From: Desulfotignum sp.
GTDB taxonomy: Bacteria; Desulfobacterota; Desulfobacteria; Desulfobacterales; Desulfobacteraceae
DNA: 64,000 nt
Assembly (NCBI GenBank): GCA_021737695.1
Contig: JAIPDL010000006.1
Coordinates: 1,126 to 65,125, forward strand
Reading direction: 5' to 3'
Shown here: positions 29,629-40,742 of the stretch, in pieces
How positions within the stretch are numbered: position 1 is the stretch's first letter
Layout of the letters: each line of letters begins with the position of its first letter
Notes under the pieces: model-generated
What the model was told of the DNA's origin: nothing
The model's database searches: none
The model's input: only the letters and a program-made list of their open reading frames with translations
Translations under genes and position numbers: made by a program

Positions 29629-30790
29629 GGGGCTGACACCGGGTCAGGATGTGGGCAAACAGCCGGGCCCGGTCCATCAGGCTCTGCTTGACGATGTATT
29701 CTTTTGGACTGTGGTCGTTTCCGCCGATGGGTCCCAGGCCGTCAATCACTGGAATGCCGGCCTGGAAAATGATATTGGCATCGGATACGCCCTGGCGCCG
29801 TTCCGGGATGACTGAAATGCCCACCTGTCTGCCCAGAGATTGAATCTGCGTGAACAGGTCCATGCTGACCGGTGTTTCCGGCATGGCAGGTCGTTGGGAG
29901 ATCCAGGTCATTGTGGTTCGGGTTCCGGGAATGACGGACGCTGCCATGATCTGGTCCAGTGCATGGGTCAGGCGGGTTTTGTCCGCATCCGTGGTGAATC
30001 GAAAATCCACGGCCGCCCGGGCATGGGCGGGAACTGTATTGGGTCCGATGCCGCCGGTTACCCGTCCCACATTGGCGCTGATCCCCTGATCCGGCCGGTG
30101 CAGTGTTTCAATGGCTATGATTTTGTGGGCCAGTTCCAGGATAGCACTGGCCTTGTCAGGTCCGGCAAACGCCGCATGGCCGGCTTCACCAGTCACTTTA
30201 ATTTGAACCGACAGGTTGCCTTTCCGGGCCACCACGATTTCTCCTTCAAGCCCGCCAGCCTCCAGCACAAACCCCATGCTGGTTTCCCGGGCCAGATCCA
30301 GAATCAATTGTCTGGAGGAAGGGGAACCGATCTCTTCGTCGGCATTGAACACAAACACAATGGGAGGCATATCCGGACACTGGGTTTCGATCAGGGCTTT
30401 GATGCCGAATAGTCCCATCACCAGTCCACCTTTCATGTCTGCAGTACCGGGCCCATAGCAACGGGTGTCGTCTTCCGAATAAGAGGTAAAATCCGTATCC
30501 GCCGGAAACACGGTATCCATGTGCCCGGTGATCAGCACCGGTTTTTTTTCCGGGTCCGTGCCCGGATGCCGTGCCACCAGGTGATCGCCATGATCGGTCT
30601 GGGCGATGGTCTGGCAGAAAAATCCCATGGTTTCCATTTCCAGTTGTATGGCGCGGCAGACATGATCCACGCCGGGTTTATTCCCTGTGCCGCTCTGGAT
30701 ATTGACCAGGGCGGCCAGAAGTCCGAACATCTCGGTGGCATGGCGGGTCAGCCAGGTATAGACAGGGTCATTGTTGCGTTTTTCCTGCAT
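29615..30790 (-). CDS. M20 family metallopeptidase (glutamate carboxypeptidase-like)
   Basis: GHMDTVF, GPGTADMKGG, ADEEIGS, GHAA, DGLGPxGGxDHSxxE. Confidence 0.9.
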   Translation of the reverse strand: MQEKRNNDPVYTWLTRHATEMFGLLAALVNIQSGTGNKPGVDHVCRAIQLEMETMGFFCQTIAQTDHGDHLVARHPGTDPEKKPVLITGHMDTVFPADTDFTSYSEDDTRCYGPGTADMKGGLVMGLFGIKALIETQCPDMPPIVFVFNADEEIGSPSSRQLILDLARETSMGFVLEAGGLEGEIVVARKGNLSVQIKVTGEAGHAAFAGPDKASAILELAHKIIAIETLHRPDQGISANVGRVTGGIGPNTVPAHARAAVDFRFTTDADKTRLTHALDQIMAASVIPGTRTTMTWISQRPAMPETPVSMDLFTQIQSLGRQVGISVIPERRQGVSDANIIFQAGIPVIDGLGPIGGNDHSPKEYIVKQSLMDRARLFAHILTRCQPPTRT

Positions 30791-30849
30791 GTGTTTTTTC
30801 TTTCCTTTATGGCTCTTTTCTTTTGAGTGTAAATGAGGTAAAAAAAACC

Positions 30850-30868
30850 TGTCAAGCTAAACTTGACA
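30850..30868. promoter_or_regulatory. Back-to-back TTGACA elements / palindrome in the divergent promoter region
   Basis: tgtcaag-ctaaa-cttgaca between the M20 peptidase and crotonase starts. Confidence 0.45.
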
Positions 30869-30916
30869 ATAATTTTGTTACAGGTTTAAAAAATAAATAT
30901 AAGGAGACTTATCCCA

Positions 30917-31681
30917 ATGGAGTATGAAACAATTTTGGTGGACATCAGGAATCACGTGGGGGTGATCCGGTTGAACCGGCCAAAAGTGCTCAATGCCATG
31001 AACCGGCAGTTGTGGACGGAAATGATGGATGCGCTGGAGGCGTTGGGGCAGGATGATCAGGTCAAAGCGTTGATTATCACCGGGGAAGGCCGGGCTTTTT
31101 CCACGGGGGCGGACCTCAAGGATTCCAAAGGCCGGACCATTGAAGCCTATCGCCAGTATCTGGAATCTTTGCAGGAAGCGTCCAGAAAAATTCTGCGGTT
31201 TGAAAAACCCACCATTGCGGCCATCAACGGATATGCCCTGGGATCCGGGTATGAGCTGGCCCTGGCATGTGATATCCGTATTGCCGCGACCGAAGCATTG
31301 ATCGGGTCTCCTGAGGCAAAAGTCACCTCATCGGTCACGGGCGGGGCCTTCCGCCTGGTTCAGGACCTGGTGGGACCGGGCAAGGCCAAGGAATTGCTGT
31401 TCACCGCTGAAAACATTACCGGGGAAGAGGCCTGCCGCATCGGGCTGGTGAACAAATCCGTGCCCCTGGAACAGCTCATGGACGAAGCCATTGCCATGGC
31501 GGACAAAATCTGTGCCAATTCCGCGTTTTCGTTGAAACTCATCAAAAAAGGCCTGGCCATGGCCGCCGGTGAAGTCAGCCTGGAAGCCCTGATGGATTAT
31601 GAAATCGAAGCCTGCCTGGCCTGCGTATCCACCAAGGAACGCCAGACCTCTCTGGATGAATTTGCCCAGCGCAAAAAATAA
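30917..31681 (+). CDS. Enoyl-CoA hydratase/isomerase family protein
   Basis: LNRPxxLNA, AFSTGADL, AAINGYALGSGYELALACD, PE. Confidence 0.93.
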   Translation: MEYETILVDIRNHVGVIRLNRPKVLNAMNRQLWTEMMDALEALGQDDQVKALIITGEGRAFSTGADLKDSKGRTIEAYRQYLESLQEASRKILRFEKPTIAAINGYALGSGYELALACDIRIAATEALIGSPEAKVTSSVTGGAFRLVQDLVGPGKAKELLFTAENITGEEACRIGLVNKSVPLEQLMDEAIAMADKICANSAFSLKLIKKGLAMAAGEVSLEALMDYEIEACLACVSTKERQTSLDEFAQRKK

Positions 31682-31693
31682 AGGAAGGAACCC

Positions 31694-33826
31694 ATGCTGG
31701 AACATGTATTGAATGCAAAATCCGTCGCCATTATCGGTGCATCCAAAAACAAGACCAAACGAGGCTATCAGGCTATTAAAACCCTTCTGGCCGACGGGTA
31801 TGAAGGGGAGATCTATCCGGTCAATCCCAAGGAAGATTTCATTCTGGGGTTAAAATGCTATAAAGATATCATCGATATTCCGGATAAAGTGGATCTGGCT
31901 TTGATTACCACCCCTGCCAGAACCATTCCCAAAATATTGGAAAACTGCGGTGCCAAAGGCGTGGCCGGGGCCGTGATCATTGCCGGCGGATTCCGGGAGC
32001 TGGGAGAAAAGGGGCGTGTTCTGGAACAGGAAATGGTGGATGCGGCCAAAGCCAACCATGTCCGCCTGATTGGTCCCAATACGTCAGGCATGATCAATCT
32101 GAAATCCCGCATGAACCTGGTGGGTATTCAGGATCCCCCCGAGGGCAGTATCGCTTTGCTGTGCCAGAGCGGCAACATGGCCCTGACTCTGATCACCGAA
32201 GCCACCATCCGCAAGCACGGCGGATTCACTTATTATGTGGGCGTGGGAAATGAGTCGGACATCAAGTTTCATGAATATCTGGCGTTTTTCAGAAATGATC
32301 CGGACACCAAAGCAATTCTCATGTATGTGGAAGGCATGAGCCAGGGCCGGGAGTTTTTGCAGGAAGCCTACAACACCAGTATTGAAAAGCCCATTATCCT
32401 GCTCAAAAGCGGCCGGTCCGACAAGGGCAGAAAATCCGCCGGATCCCACACCGGGTCTCTGGCCGGCATGGGTCAGGTGGCCAAGGCTGCATATGAACGG
32501 GCCGGAATTATTGTGATCGAAAACTCGGATGAACTGTTTCCCGTGGCCGAAACCCTGTCCAGCCAGCCACCTGTGAAAAACAATGCCATTGCCGTGCTGG
32601 CCGACGGTGGAGGCCATGCCACCATTGCCGCGGACCTGTTGACCGACTATGGTATTGAACTGGCGGATTTGTCGGAAAAAACAAAGGAAAATCTGAAAAA
32701 GATTCTGCCGGAAGCCGCGTCTGTGGCCAACCCTGTGGATGTAGCCGGCGGCACAGATGCGGATCCCAGCATTTTTGCGGACTGCGCCAAGATTCTGCTC
32801 AAGGATCCGGCCGTGGGAGGGCTTCTCATGGTGGGACTGTTCGGCGGCTACGGGATCCGGTTTGAAAAAAGTCTGGCCATCGGCGAAGAACAGGCGGCCC
32901 ATCGCCTGGGCGCCATGGGCAGAAAACGCAGCAAACCCATTTTCGTGCATTCGCTTTACAGTGCCTACGATTCCCATGCACTGGACCTGTTGCGCCACTA
33001 CGATATCCCGGTGCATGATTCCCTGGACATCGCCTGCAAGAGCATGGCCTGCCTGTGCACCTATGGCAATTATCTGAAAACCTACCACGCCAAGACCAAT
33101 TTTGTGTTCAACTGGCGGGAAAAGGCCAAACCGGAAGGGAAAGCCATCATTCAGGCCGCCATGGATGAAGGCCGTCATGTGCTGCTGGAGCATGAAGCCA
33201 AGCAGCTGATCAAACTCCACGGTGCCGCCACATCTGTGGGAGGCATGGCAAAAACGGCGGACGAGGCTGTTGAGATCGCCCGAAAAATTGACGGCCATGT
33301 GGTGATGAAAATCGTATCACCGGATATTCTGCACAAAAGCGATGCCAACGGTGTGATGCTCAATATCGGGGATGACTCCCAGGTAACAGCGGCGTTCGAT
33401 ATTATCATTGAAAATGCCCGGATATACAATCCCAAAGCAGATATCAGAGGTGTGCTCGTAGCGCCCATGGCGGCAAAAGGGCTGGAAGTCATTATCGGCA
33501 CGAAAATTGACGAACAGTTCGGACCGGTGATCATGTATGGGCTGGGCGGTATCATGGTGGAGATCATGAAGGATGTGACTTTCTGGGTGTTGCCCGTATC
33601 TCCGGCGTCATGCAAGAAAATGATCGAAGATACCCGGTCATCCGTCATATTGAGTGGGGTGCGGGGGCAGAAAGGATATGACAAAAAAACGTTGCGTAAA
33701 CTGCTGGGTATCTGCTCGGAACTGGTGGAGTCTTACCCTGAAATCCAGGAAATGGATTTTAACCCCATTATTCTGTATGAAAACGGCCTGGATGTGGTGG
33801 ATGCCAGAATCATCCTGAAAAAATAG
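31694..33826 (+). CDS. ADP-forming acyl-CoA synthetase (acetate--CoA ligase family, fused alpha-beta)
   Basis: SVAIIGAS, LIGPN, QSG, SHTGSLAG, NPVDVAG, KIVSPDILHKSD, EMDFNP. Confidence 0.92.
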   Translation: MLEHVLNAKSVAIIGASKNKTKRGYQAIKTLLADGYEGEIYPVNPKEDFILGLKCYKDIIDIPDKVDLALITTPARTIPKILENCGAKGVAGAVIIAGGFRELGEKGRVLEQEMVDAAKANHVRLIGPNTSGMINLKSRMNLVGIQDPPEGSIALLCQSGNMALTLITEATIRKHGGFTYYVGVGNESDIKFHEYLAFFRNDPDTKAILMYVEGMSQGREFLQEAYNTSIEKPIILLKSGRSDKGRKSAGSHTGSLAGMGQVAKAAYERAGIIVIENSDELFPVAETLSSQPPVKNNAIAVLADGGGHATIAADLLTDYGIELADLSEKTKENLKKILPEAASVANPVDVAGGTDADPSIFADCAKILLKDPAVGGLLMVGLFGGYGIRFEKSLAIGEEQAAHRLGAMGRKRSKPIFVHSLYSAYDSHALDLLRHYDIPVHDSLDIACKSMACLCTYGNYLKTYHAKTNFVFNWREKAKPEGKAIIQAAMDEGRHVLLEHEAKQLIKLHGAATSVGGMAKTADEAVEIARKIDGHVVMKIVSPDILHKSDANGVMLNIGDDSQVTAAFDIIIENARIYNPKADIRGVLVAPMAAKGLEVIIGTKIDEQFGPVIMYGLGGIMVEIMKDVTFWVLPVSPASCKKMIEDTRSSVILSGVRGQKGYDKKTLRKLLGICSELVESYPEIQEMDFNPIILYENGLDVVDARIILKK

Positions 33827-33962
33827 GTTTACAAAAAAACATGGAAACGGTAAATTCTATGACTTAGAAGTACAAACGTCCGTTCAGGCAACTGCGTCAG
33901 GGTGCGAGGCAGAATTTCGTATCCTGCACACAATTCTAATCAAACTTTTTATGGAGGTTTAG

Positions 33963-34943
33963 ATGAAACGATTACTGGTATTGGCAATTACGGCATTTTT
34001 CGGCATGATCCTTTTTTTCGGGTCCGCGCCGGTACAGGCGGAACAGACCTTTGTCACCATCGGAACCGGCGGGGTCACAGGGGTTTATTATCCCACCGGC
34101 GGAGCCATCGCCCGGCTGGTGAACAAAGACAGAAAAGTGCATGGAATCCGCTGCTCAGTGGAAAGTACCGGGGGATCCGTGTACAACCTGAATACCATCC
34201 GTGCCGGTGAGCTCGATATGGCAGTGGCCCAGTCCGACTGGCAGTACCATGCGTACCACGGCACCAAGGGTACCCCGTTTGAAGCAATGGGTCCGGACAA
34301 GGATCTGCGGGCCGTATTTTCCGTGCATCCCGAACCTTTCACTGTGGTGGCCAGAAAAGATTCCGGCATCAAGACCTTTACCGACCTGAAAGGCAAACGG
34401 GTCAATGTGGGAAATCCCGGTTCCGGTCAGCGCGGTACCATGGAAGTGGTCATGGAAGCTTTAGGGTGGACCATGGATGATTTCAAACTGGCCTCTGAGC
34501 TGAAACCCGCAGAACAGTCTGCAGCCCTGTGCGACAACAAAATTGACGCCATCATCTACACAGTCGGCCATCCTTCCGGTTCCATCCAGGAAGCCACCAC
34601 GTCCTGTGATTCCATTCTGGTGCCTGTGGAAGGCTCTACCATTGACAAGCTGGTGGCGGATAATGCCTATTACCGGAAAGCCACCATCCCCGGCGGCATG
34701 TACCGGGGGACGGATACCGACACCAAGACATTCGGTGTGGGCGCCACGTTTGTGTCTTCGGCAACAGTGCCTGAAAACGTGATTTATCACGTGGTCAAGG
34801 CGGTATTTGAAAATTTTGACGACTTCAAGAAACTGCATCCGGCATTTGAGGTGCTGGTAAAAGAAGAAATGGTCAAAGACGGCCTGTCCGCCCCGCTGCA
34901 TGACGGTGCGGTCAAATATTATAAAGAAGCCGGCCTGATGTAG
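33963..34943 (+). CDS. TAXI family TRAP solute-binding protein
   Basis: Signal peptide, [44 protein letters not shown]. Confidence 0.95.
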   Translation: MKRLLVLAITAFFGMILFFGSAPVQAEQTFVTIGTGGVTGVYYPTGGAIARLVNKDRKVHGIRCSVESTGGSVYNLNTIRAGELDMAVAQSDWQYHAYHGTKGTPFEAMGPDKDLRAVFSVHPEPFTVVARKDSGIKTFTDLKGKRVNVGNPGSGQRGTMEVVMEALGWTMDDFKLASELKPAEQSAALCDNKIDAIIYTVGHPSGSIQEATTSCDSILVPVEGSTIDKLVADNAYYRKATIPGGMYRGTDTDTKTFGVGATFVSSATVPENVIYHVVKAVFENFDDFKKLHPAFEVLVKEEMVKDGLSAPLHDGAVKYYKEAGLM

Positions 34944-34967
34944 TTTTTTTGTCAGACTGAACCATAT

Positions 34968-35012
34968 AAGCGTGCGGGGCGCGTGGCTGCCGCGCACGCT
35001 TTCCTTTTTTTT
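34968..35012 (+). terminator. Intercistronic hairpin with T tract between binding protein and permease (attenuator or stabiliser)
   Basis: aagcgtgcg...cgcacgctt followed by tcc and T run. Confidence 0.55.
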
Positions 35013-35029
35013 ACGGAGGCCTTGTCACC

Positions 35030-37618
35030 ATGACTGCTGACAAAAATCAAACTGTTCCAGATGATATGAAGGATTTTGTGGCCGAGGTGGAATCCGGTGC
35101 CAGGAATCCGGTGGGTGCGGTTCCCAAAAACATTCTGTTTTTCGTGCCATTGATCTGGACCCTGTTTCAACTCTGGTATGCGTCCCCCCTGCCGTTCATA
35201 TTCAATATTTTTGTTCTGAACGACACCGAAGCCCGATCCATTCATCTGGCATTTGCCATGTTTCTGTCCTATACCGCATATCCCACATTCAAGTCATCTC
35301 CCAGGGAGTATATTCCGATACAGGACTGGTTTTTGGCTTTGGTGGCAGCATTTTGTTCAGCCTATCTTTTTATCTTTTACGAGCAGATGTCAGCCAGACC
35401 CGGAATTCCCACCACACTGGATCTGGTGGTGGGGGTGATCGGCCTGATACTTCTTTTGGAAGCGACGCGACGGGCTTTGGGACCGCCCCTCATGGTGGTG
35501 GCGGCTGTGTTTCTCACCTATACTTTTTTCGGGCCCTACATGCCGGATGTCATTGCCCATAAGGGGGCCAGCCTGTCCAAGGGCATGTCCCACTACTGGC
35601 TGTCCACGGAAGGGGTGTTTGGTGTGGCGTTAGGGGTATCCACGGGCATGGTGTTCATGTTTGTGCTGTTCGGCTCTCTGTTGGAATCGGCCGGTGCGGG
35701 CAACTATTTTATCCGCACCGCCTACGCCGGACTGGGCCACATGCGGGGCGGGCCTGCCAAGGCGGCCGTGGTTTCCTCGGGTTTGACCGGTCTGGTGTCC
35801 GGCTCTTCCATCGCCAATGTGGTCACCACGGGCACCTTTACGATCCCGTTGATGAAAAAAGTGGGGTTTTCGGCGGAAAAAGCCGGGGCCGTGGAGGTGG
35901 CTGCATCCACCAATGGCCAGCTCACCCCGCCGGTCATGGGGGCGGCCGCCTTTCTGATGGTGGAATATGTGGGTATCTCCTATGTGGAGGTCATCAAGCA
36001 CGCGTTTTTACCGGCCATCATCTCCTATATCGCCCTGGTGTATATTGTCCACCTGGAGTCCTGTAAAATGGGCCTCAAAGGTATGGAAAAGCCGGTGACC
36101 AAGACGGCGGTCCAGAAACTGGTTTCCTTTGTACTTACGATTTTGACCTTGATCATCATTGGCGGAGTTACCTATTACGGCCTTGGCTGGATCAAGACCG
36201 TTGCCGGCGATGCTGCCATGTATGTGGTGGGGCCGCTGATTGTGATTGCCTATCTAATTCTTATCTGGCTGGCCTGCAAGGTGCCCGAGCTGGCATATAC
36301 CCATGAAATCAGCAAGCTGCCCAAATTGAGAGAAACCGCCCAGGCCGGGTATTATTTTCTGCTGCCCATCGTGGTGCTCATGTGGTGCCTGACCGTGGAG
36401 CGGCTGTCTCCCTCCCTGTCCGCCTACTATGCCACGGTGGTGCTCATTTTCATCGTTCTGACCCAGCGGCCGCTAAAAGGAATTATCCGCAAAAACAGTG
36501 CCCCGGAATTTGCCTTTAAAATGGGATGGGACAACCTGATCGACGGCATGGTGGCCGGCGCCAGAAACATGATCGGCATCGGAGTTGCCACGGCAGCTGC
36601 CGGCATTGTCGTGGGCACGGTGACCCTTACCGGCATCGGCCTGGTCATGACCGCATTCGTGGAATTTATCTCCGGCGGTAACCTGCTGCTCATTCTGTTG
36701 TTCACCGCCATTATCAGCCTGCTTTTGGGTATGGGATTGCCCACCACGGCCAACTACATTGTGGTGTCGACTCTGATGGCACCGGTGATTGTGCATTTAG
36801 GGGCCCTGAACGGGCTGGTGGTGCCCTTGATTGCCGTGCATCTGTTCGTGTTTTATTTCGGGATTCTGGCGGACGACACCCCGCCGGTGGGGCTGGCCGC
36901 CTTTGCTGCGGCCGGTATATCCGGCGGTGATCCCATCCGCACCGGTATCCAGGGCTTTACCTATGACATCAGGACAGCGGTGCTGCCGTTTTTCTTTATT
37001 TTTAACACAGAACTGCTCATGATCGGTATCCAGGGCTGGGTTCATCTGATCATTGTCATTGCATCTGCGGTGGCGGCCATGCTGGTGTTCGGTGCGGCCA
37101 CCCAGGGGTACTGGATTACCAAAAGCCGGTTTTACGAGAGCCTTGCCTTGCTGCTGGTGACCTTTACCCTGCTGCGGCCCGGATTTTTCTGGGACAAGGT
37201 GTATGAGCCTTATAATGAACGGCCGGGGGTCGAGCTGCTCCAGGCCATGGAAAAGCAGGATGAAAACACCATGATCCACCTGGTGATCCAAGGCGAGACC
37301 ATGGACGGTGATGAATATACCAAATCCCTGATGCTGCCCGTGGGGAAAAAAGGGGTGCCTGAAGACCGGCTCCGGGAGGTGGGATTTGAGGTGATGGAAG
37401 AAGACGGCAAAATGCTTGTGGACAACATCATGTTCGGCAGCAATGCCGAACGGATGGGCATCGATTTTGACCAGGAGATTGTATCGGTGATGATGGAAGC
37501 GGACCGGCCTCCCAAACAGCTGATGTTTTTTCCGGCCTTGGCGTTGCTGGGCCTGATCTATTTTCTGCAAAAACGCCGGCAGACTCCGGAAGAAGCCTCC
37601 CGGCTCAAATTAGAATAA
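35030..37618 (+). CDS. TRAP transporter fused 4TM/12TM permease (DUF3394 C-terminus)
   Basis: GGPAKAAVVSS, GSSIANVVTTGTFTIP, PPVMGAAAF, LGMGLPTTANY, TPPVGLAAF; many TM segments. Confidence 0.95.
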   Translation: MTADKNQTVPDDMKDFVAEVESGARNPVGAVPKNILFFVPLIWTLFQLWYASPLPFIFNIFVLNDTEARSIHLAFAMFLSYTAYPTFKSSPREYIPIQDWFLALVAAFCSAYLFIFYEQMSARPGIPTTLDLVVGVIGLILLLEATRRALGPPLMVVAAVFLTYTFFGPYMPDVIAHKGASLSKGMSHYWLSTEGVFGVALGVSTGMVFMFVLFGSLLESAGAGNYFIRTAYAGLGHMRGGPAKAAVVSSGLTGLVSGSSIANVVTTGTFTIPLMKKVGFSAEKAGAVEVAASTNGQLTPPVMGAAAFLMVEYVGISYVEVIKHAFLPAIISYIALVYIVHLESCKMGLKGMEKPVTKTAVQKLVSFVLTILTLIIIGGVTYYGLGWIKTVAGDAAMYVVGPLIVIAYLILIWLACKVPELAYTHEISKLPKLRETAQAGYYFLLPIVVLMWCLTVERLSPSLSAYYATVVLIFIVLTQRPLKGIIRKNSAPEFAFKMGWDNLIDGMVAGARNMIGIGVATAAAGIVVGTVTLTGIGLVMTAFVEFISGGNLLLILLFTAIISLLLGMGLPTTANYIVVSTLMAPVIVHLGALNGLVVPLIAVHLFVFYFGILADDTPPVGLAAFAAAGISGGDPIRTGIQGFTYDIRTAVLPFFFIFNTELLMIGIQGWVHLIIVIASAVAAMLVFGAATQGYWITKSRFYESLALLLVTFTLLRPGFFWDKVYEPYNERPGVELLQAMEKQDENTMIHLVIQGETMDGDEYTKSLMLPVGKKGVPEDRLREVGFEVMEEDGKMLVDNIMFGSNAERMGIDFDQEIVSVMMEADRPPKQLMFFPALALLGLIYFLQKRRQTPEEASRLKLE

Positions 37619-37627
37619 GGGGAATTC

Positions 37628-38065
37628 ATGTTCAGTAAAATACTGGTACCCGTGGATATCGACTATCCCCGGACATCCAAGGCCGTGTATGACAATGCTG
37701 CGGAACTGGCCTCTCTGAGCGGTGCGCAGATCCGCATCGTGTCAGTGATGCCCGGATTTACCATGCCCATTGTGGCCTCGTTTGTCACGGATGAGATCAA
37801 GGCGGAAGCCAGAAATCATTTTCAGAAAACCCTGGATGAATTTGTAGCGGCAAACTGCAAAGGGGCCAATGTTTCCTACAAAATACTGGTTGGTAAGCAT
37901 TACGAAGAAATTTTGAAAATGGCGGACAAGTGGGGGGCGGATCTCATCGTGGTGTACCACAACCGCAGCCGGACCGTGAACGAGGCGTTTTCCAGTACCT
38001 GCGCTCAGAAGGTGGTCAAGGAAGCCAACTGCTCGGTGCTGCGGCTGCGCAATCTGCTCAAATGA
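37628..38065 (+). CDS. Universal stress protein (TeaD-like, TRAP-associated)
   Basis: MFSKILVPVD, ADLIVV, KVVKEANCSVL. Confidence 0.9.
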   Translation: MFSKILVPVDIDYPRTSKAVYDNAAELASLSGAQIRIVSVMPGFTMPIVASFVTDEIKAEARNHFQKTLDEFVAANCKGANVSYKILVGKHYEEILKMADKWGADLIVVYHNRSRTVNEAFSSTCAQKVVKEANCSVLRLRNLLK

Positions 38066-38081
38066 CCGGTTGGTTTCTGAA

Positions 38082-40070
38082 ATGACCCGCACGGTGCCGG
38101 TGTCCTGCCCCATGGATTGTTTTGACCTGTGCCGGTTTAAGGTAACGGTCACAGACAACCGGGTCACCGGGATCGCCGGTGATCCGGATCATCCGTTGAC
38201 CCGGGGAATGATCTGTTCCAAAGGCCGGGATCTGGTGAAACGGCAGGAGCACCCGGATCGGTTGCACTATCCCATGGTTCGGAAAAAATCAGGATTTGTA
38301 CGTACAACTTACATCGAGGTCTTAGACCGTGTGGCCGCTACCCTGACTTCTGTTCATGATCGCTGGGGACCTGCAGGGGTGCTCAATTATACCAGTGACG
38401 GATATGGGGGGGTGAAAAGCCGGGTTCAGTCCATTTTTTTTAACTGCCTGGGCGGGGATACCCGGTTTACCGGCAGTCTGTGCTGGGCCGCAGGGATGGC
38501 CGCCCAGACCTTTGATTTCGGAGATGCCCGGGGCCATCTGCCCGAAGACGTTGCCAACTCCGATCTGGTCATTGTGTGGGGACGAAACCCCAAAGCCACC
38601 AGCCTGCATTTTTACACCCTGCTCAAACAGGCTGAAAAAAATGGCACCCGCATTGTTGTCATCGATCCCATTCAGTCAGACACCGCAACGTCCCTTGGTA
38701 CCCACGTGGCGTTGAAACCCGGCACGGATGCGGCCCTGGCATTGTCCATGGCCCAAGTCACTGTCACGGAAAACCGGTATGACCGTTCATTTGTGCAGGA
38801 CCATATCCTGGGGTTTGATCGGTTCTGTCAGTATCTGGACCGGTTTGATCCGGAAACCGCATCTCGCATTACAGGTGTATCGCCGGATACCATCCGGAAA
38901 CTGGCCAGAGAATATGCCGCAGCCCGGGCCCCGGGCATCTGGATGGGGTATGGCCTGCAGCGGTATGCCAACGGCGGGAATACAGTGCGAAGCATCGATG
39001 CCCTGGCTGCTGTGTGCGGCCATGTGGGAAAGCCCGGCACGGGTGCCAATTACGCGGCACGATCCCTGGCTCCGCTGCTGGACCTTCCGGAAAAAAACAG
39101 CAAAGCCCATGTTACAGCATCCCGGACCTTTCCAGCCCCCATGCTGGGACATTTTCTGCAGACCGTGGATAATCCCCCCATTGCCGCCGCGTTTGTGGCC
39201 GGGGGCAACCCCTTGAACCAGAGCCCGGATCTCAATGCGGCGGTCCGCGGTTTTCAGCGCATTGACTTCAAGGTGGTGTTTGATCATTTCATGACAGACA
39301 CGGCCCGGCATGCGGATCTGGTGCTGCCGGCCGCCACGGTCTTTGAGCAGGATGATCTGTTTGTCACCTCCATGTATTCCCATGTGCTCAATTATTCGCA
39401 GCAGGCGGTGGATCCGCCGGATACCCTGATGCCGGAAACAGATTTTTTCCTGGCCCTGGCCAGGCACATGGGCATTGATACGCTGGGGTTTACCTCTTCC
39501 CGGGAATACCTGGACCAATGTGCGGCCCCGTTGCTGGCAAGCCTGGGAAAAGAACCGGACACGGATCTGGATACTCTTGCCGGTGAATACCTGCGCATTC
39601 CTGACCATGACATCCCCTGGGCAGACAAAAGATTTGTCACCCCGTCTCAGAAAATCGAAATTTTCAGCCAAGCTGCTGAAGCTGCCGGGCAATCGCCGTT
39701 GCCTTGTTTCCTCCCCCCCTCCCAGGGGGAGGATCGGTTCCCTTTGCGGCTGCTCACCTGTAAAACCCAACGGTCCATGCATTCCCAATCGTTTGTGTTT
39801 GAAGACCGGGAACCGGCCGTGTCTGTGAACCGGAAAACCGCACAGGGCCTTGGCATCTCCGGACTGAAAAAGGTGTGCATCTCCACCCGGCAGGGGGAGG
39901 TGACAGCCAGGCTGGTTCTGGATGACGCGGTGTGTGACAGCACCGCTTTCATGCACCAGGGGTGGTGGCATAAAAGCGGCGCCGTGAATTTTCTCACCCA
40001 TGCGGGCATGTCGGACATGGGGGAGCAGGCCGCGTTTTACGATACGTTCTGCACCCTGTCATCCATTTAA
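38082..40070 (+). CDS. Molybdopterin-dependent oxidoreductase (bis-MGD family, single catalytic subunit)
   Basis: CPMDCFDLC...ICSKG 4Fe-4S motif, WGRNP, VIDP, PGTDAALAL, FMTDTARHADLVLPA; no Tat signal. Alternative TTG start at 38070. Confidence 0.9.
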   Translation: MTRTVPVSCPMDCFDLCRFKVTVTDNRVTGIAGDPDHPLTRGMICSKGRDLVKRQEHPDRLHYPMVRKKSGFVRTTYIEVLDRVAATLTSVHDRWGPAGVLNYTSDGYGGVKSRVQSIFFNCLGGDTRFTGSLCWAAGMAAQTFDFGDARGHLPEDVANSDLVIVWGRNPKATSLHFYTLLKQAEKNGTRIVVIDPIQSDTATSLGTHVALKPGTDAALALSMAQVTVTENRYDRSFVQDHILGFDRFCQYLDRFDPETASRITGVSPDTIRKLAREYAAARAPGIWMGYGLQRYANGGNTVRSIDALAAVCGHVGKPGTGANYAARSLAPLLDLPEKNSKAHVTASRTFPAPMLGHFLQTVDNPPIAAAFVAGGNPLNQSPDLNAAVRGFQRIDFKVVFDHFMTDTARHADLVLPAATVFEQDDLFVTSMYSHVLNYSQQAVDPPDTLMPETDFFLALARHMGIDTLGFTSSREYLDQCAAPLLASLGKEPDTDLDTLAGEYLRIPDHDIPWADKRFVTPSQKIEIFSQAAEAAGQSPLPCFLPPSQGEDRFPLRLLTCKTQRSMHSQSFVFEDREPAVSVNRKTAQGLGISGLKKVCISTRQGEVTARLVLDDAVCDSTAFMHQGWWHKSGAVNFLTHAGMSDMGEQAAFYDTFCTLSSI

Positions 40071-40110
40071 AACGAGAGGGCATGGGGTCAAACCTGACAC
40101 TTGCGAAAAC

Positions 40111-40557
40111 CTACTCCACCCGGTGCCAGGTCTGGGTCCTGGAAATAAAAAGAAAACTGCCCTGAACTTTGAGTTCGTCGCCTTCCGCCCAGATCTTGCA
40201 TTTGTAAACTTTGCCTTTTTTGGGATCAAGAATGGTGCCGCCGGAATAGACGTCTCCGTCCGGTTTCAGATCCTGGATGATCTCCATACCCAGGGTGGGC
40301 TGGTCTTTTCTGGGATCATCATCCGCACATTTGTCACAAGTGGGATTTTGATCCGCGTCCGGTTTCAAGAACAGCTCGATGATTTTGCCGTAATACTGTC
40401 CGTCTTTTTCAAAGATCTGGACAATGGATTTGGGCTCGTTGGTTTCATCATCAATGGTTTTCCATTTTCCCACAATGGGAGCTTCTGCCAGGGCAAATCC
40501 GGCAAAAATAAAACAACCAGCAACCAACACCAGGGTGAGCAATAGCAATTTTTTCAT
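40111..40557 (-). CDS. DUF2147 family exported protein
   Basis: Signal peptide, GKWKTIDD, CDKC, GTILDPKKGKVYKC, RTQTWHR. Confidence 0.88.
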   Translation of the reverse strand: MKKLLLLTLVLVAGCFIFAGFALAEAPIVGKWKTIDDETNEPKSIVQIFEKDGQYYGKIIELFLKPDADQNPTCDKCADDDPRKDQPTLGMEIIQDLKPDGDVYSGGTILDPKKGKVYKCKIWAEGDELKVQGSFLFISRTQTWHRVE

Positions 40558-40742
40558 TCATTCCTCCGGAGAACAGGGGTTAATATCGTGCTGAACACTG
40601 TTATATCCTTTAGTCTTCTGTTTTTTTTCTGTCAAGGAAAAAAATAGGAAGCCTGTGGCATTCATGGGGAAAACCTTAAAAAAAATGCCATCTCGGGTTC
40701 TTTGGAGACAATGAGATAATCTGCAAAGCGGCCTGATACAAT

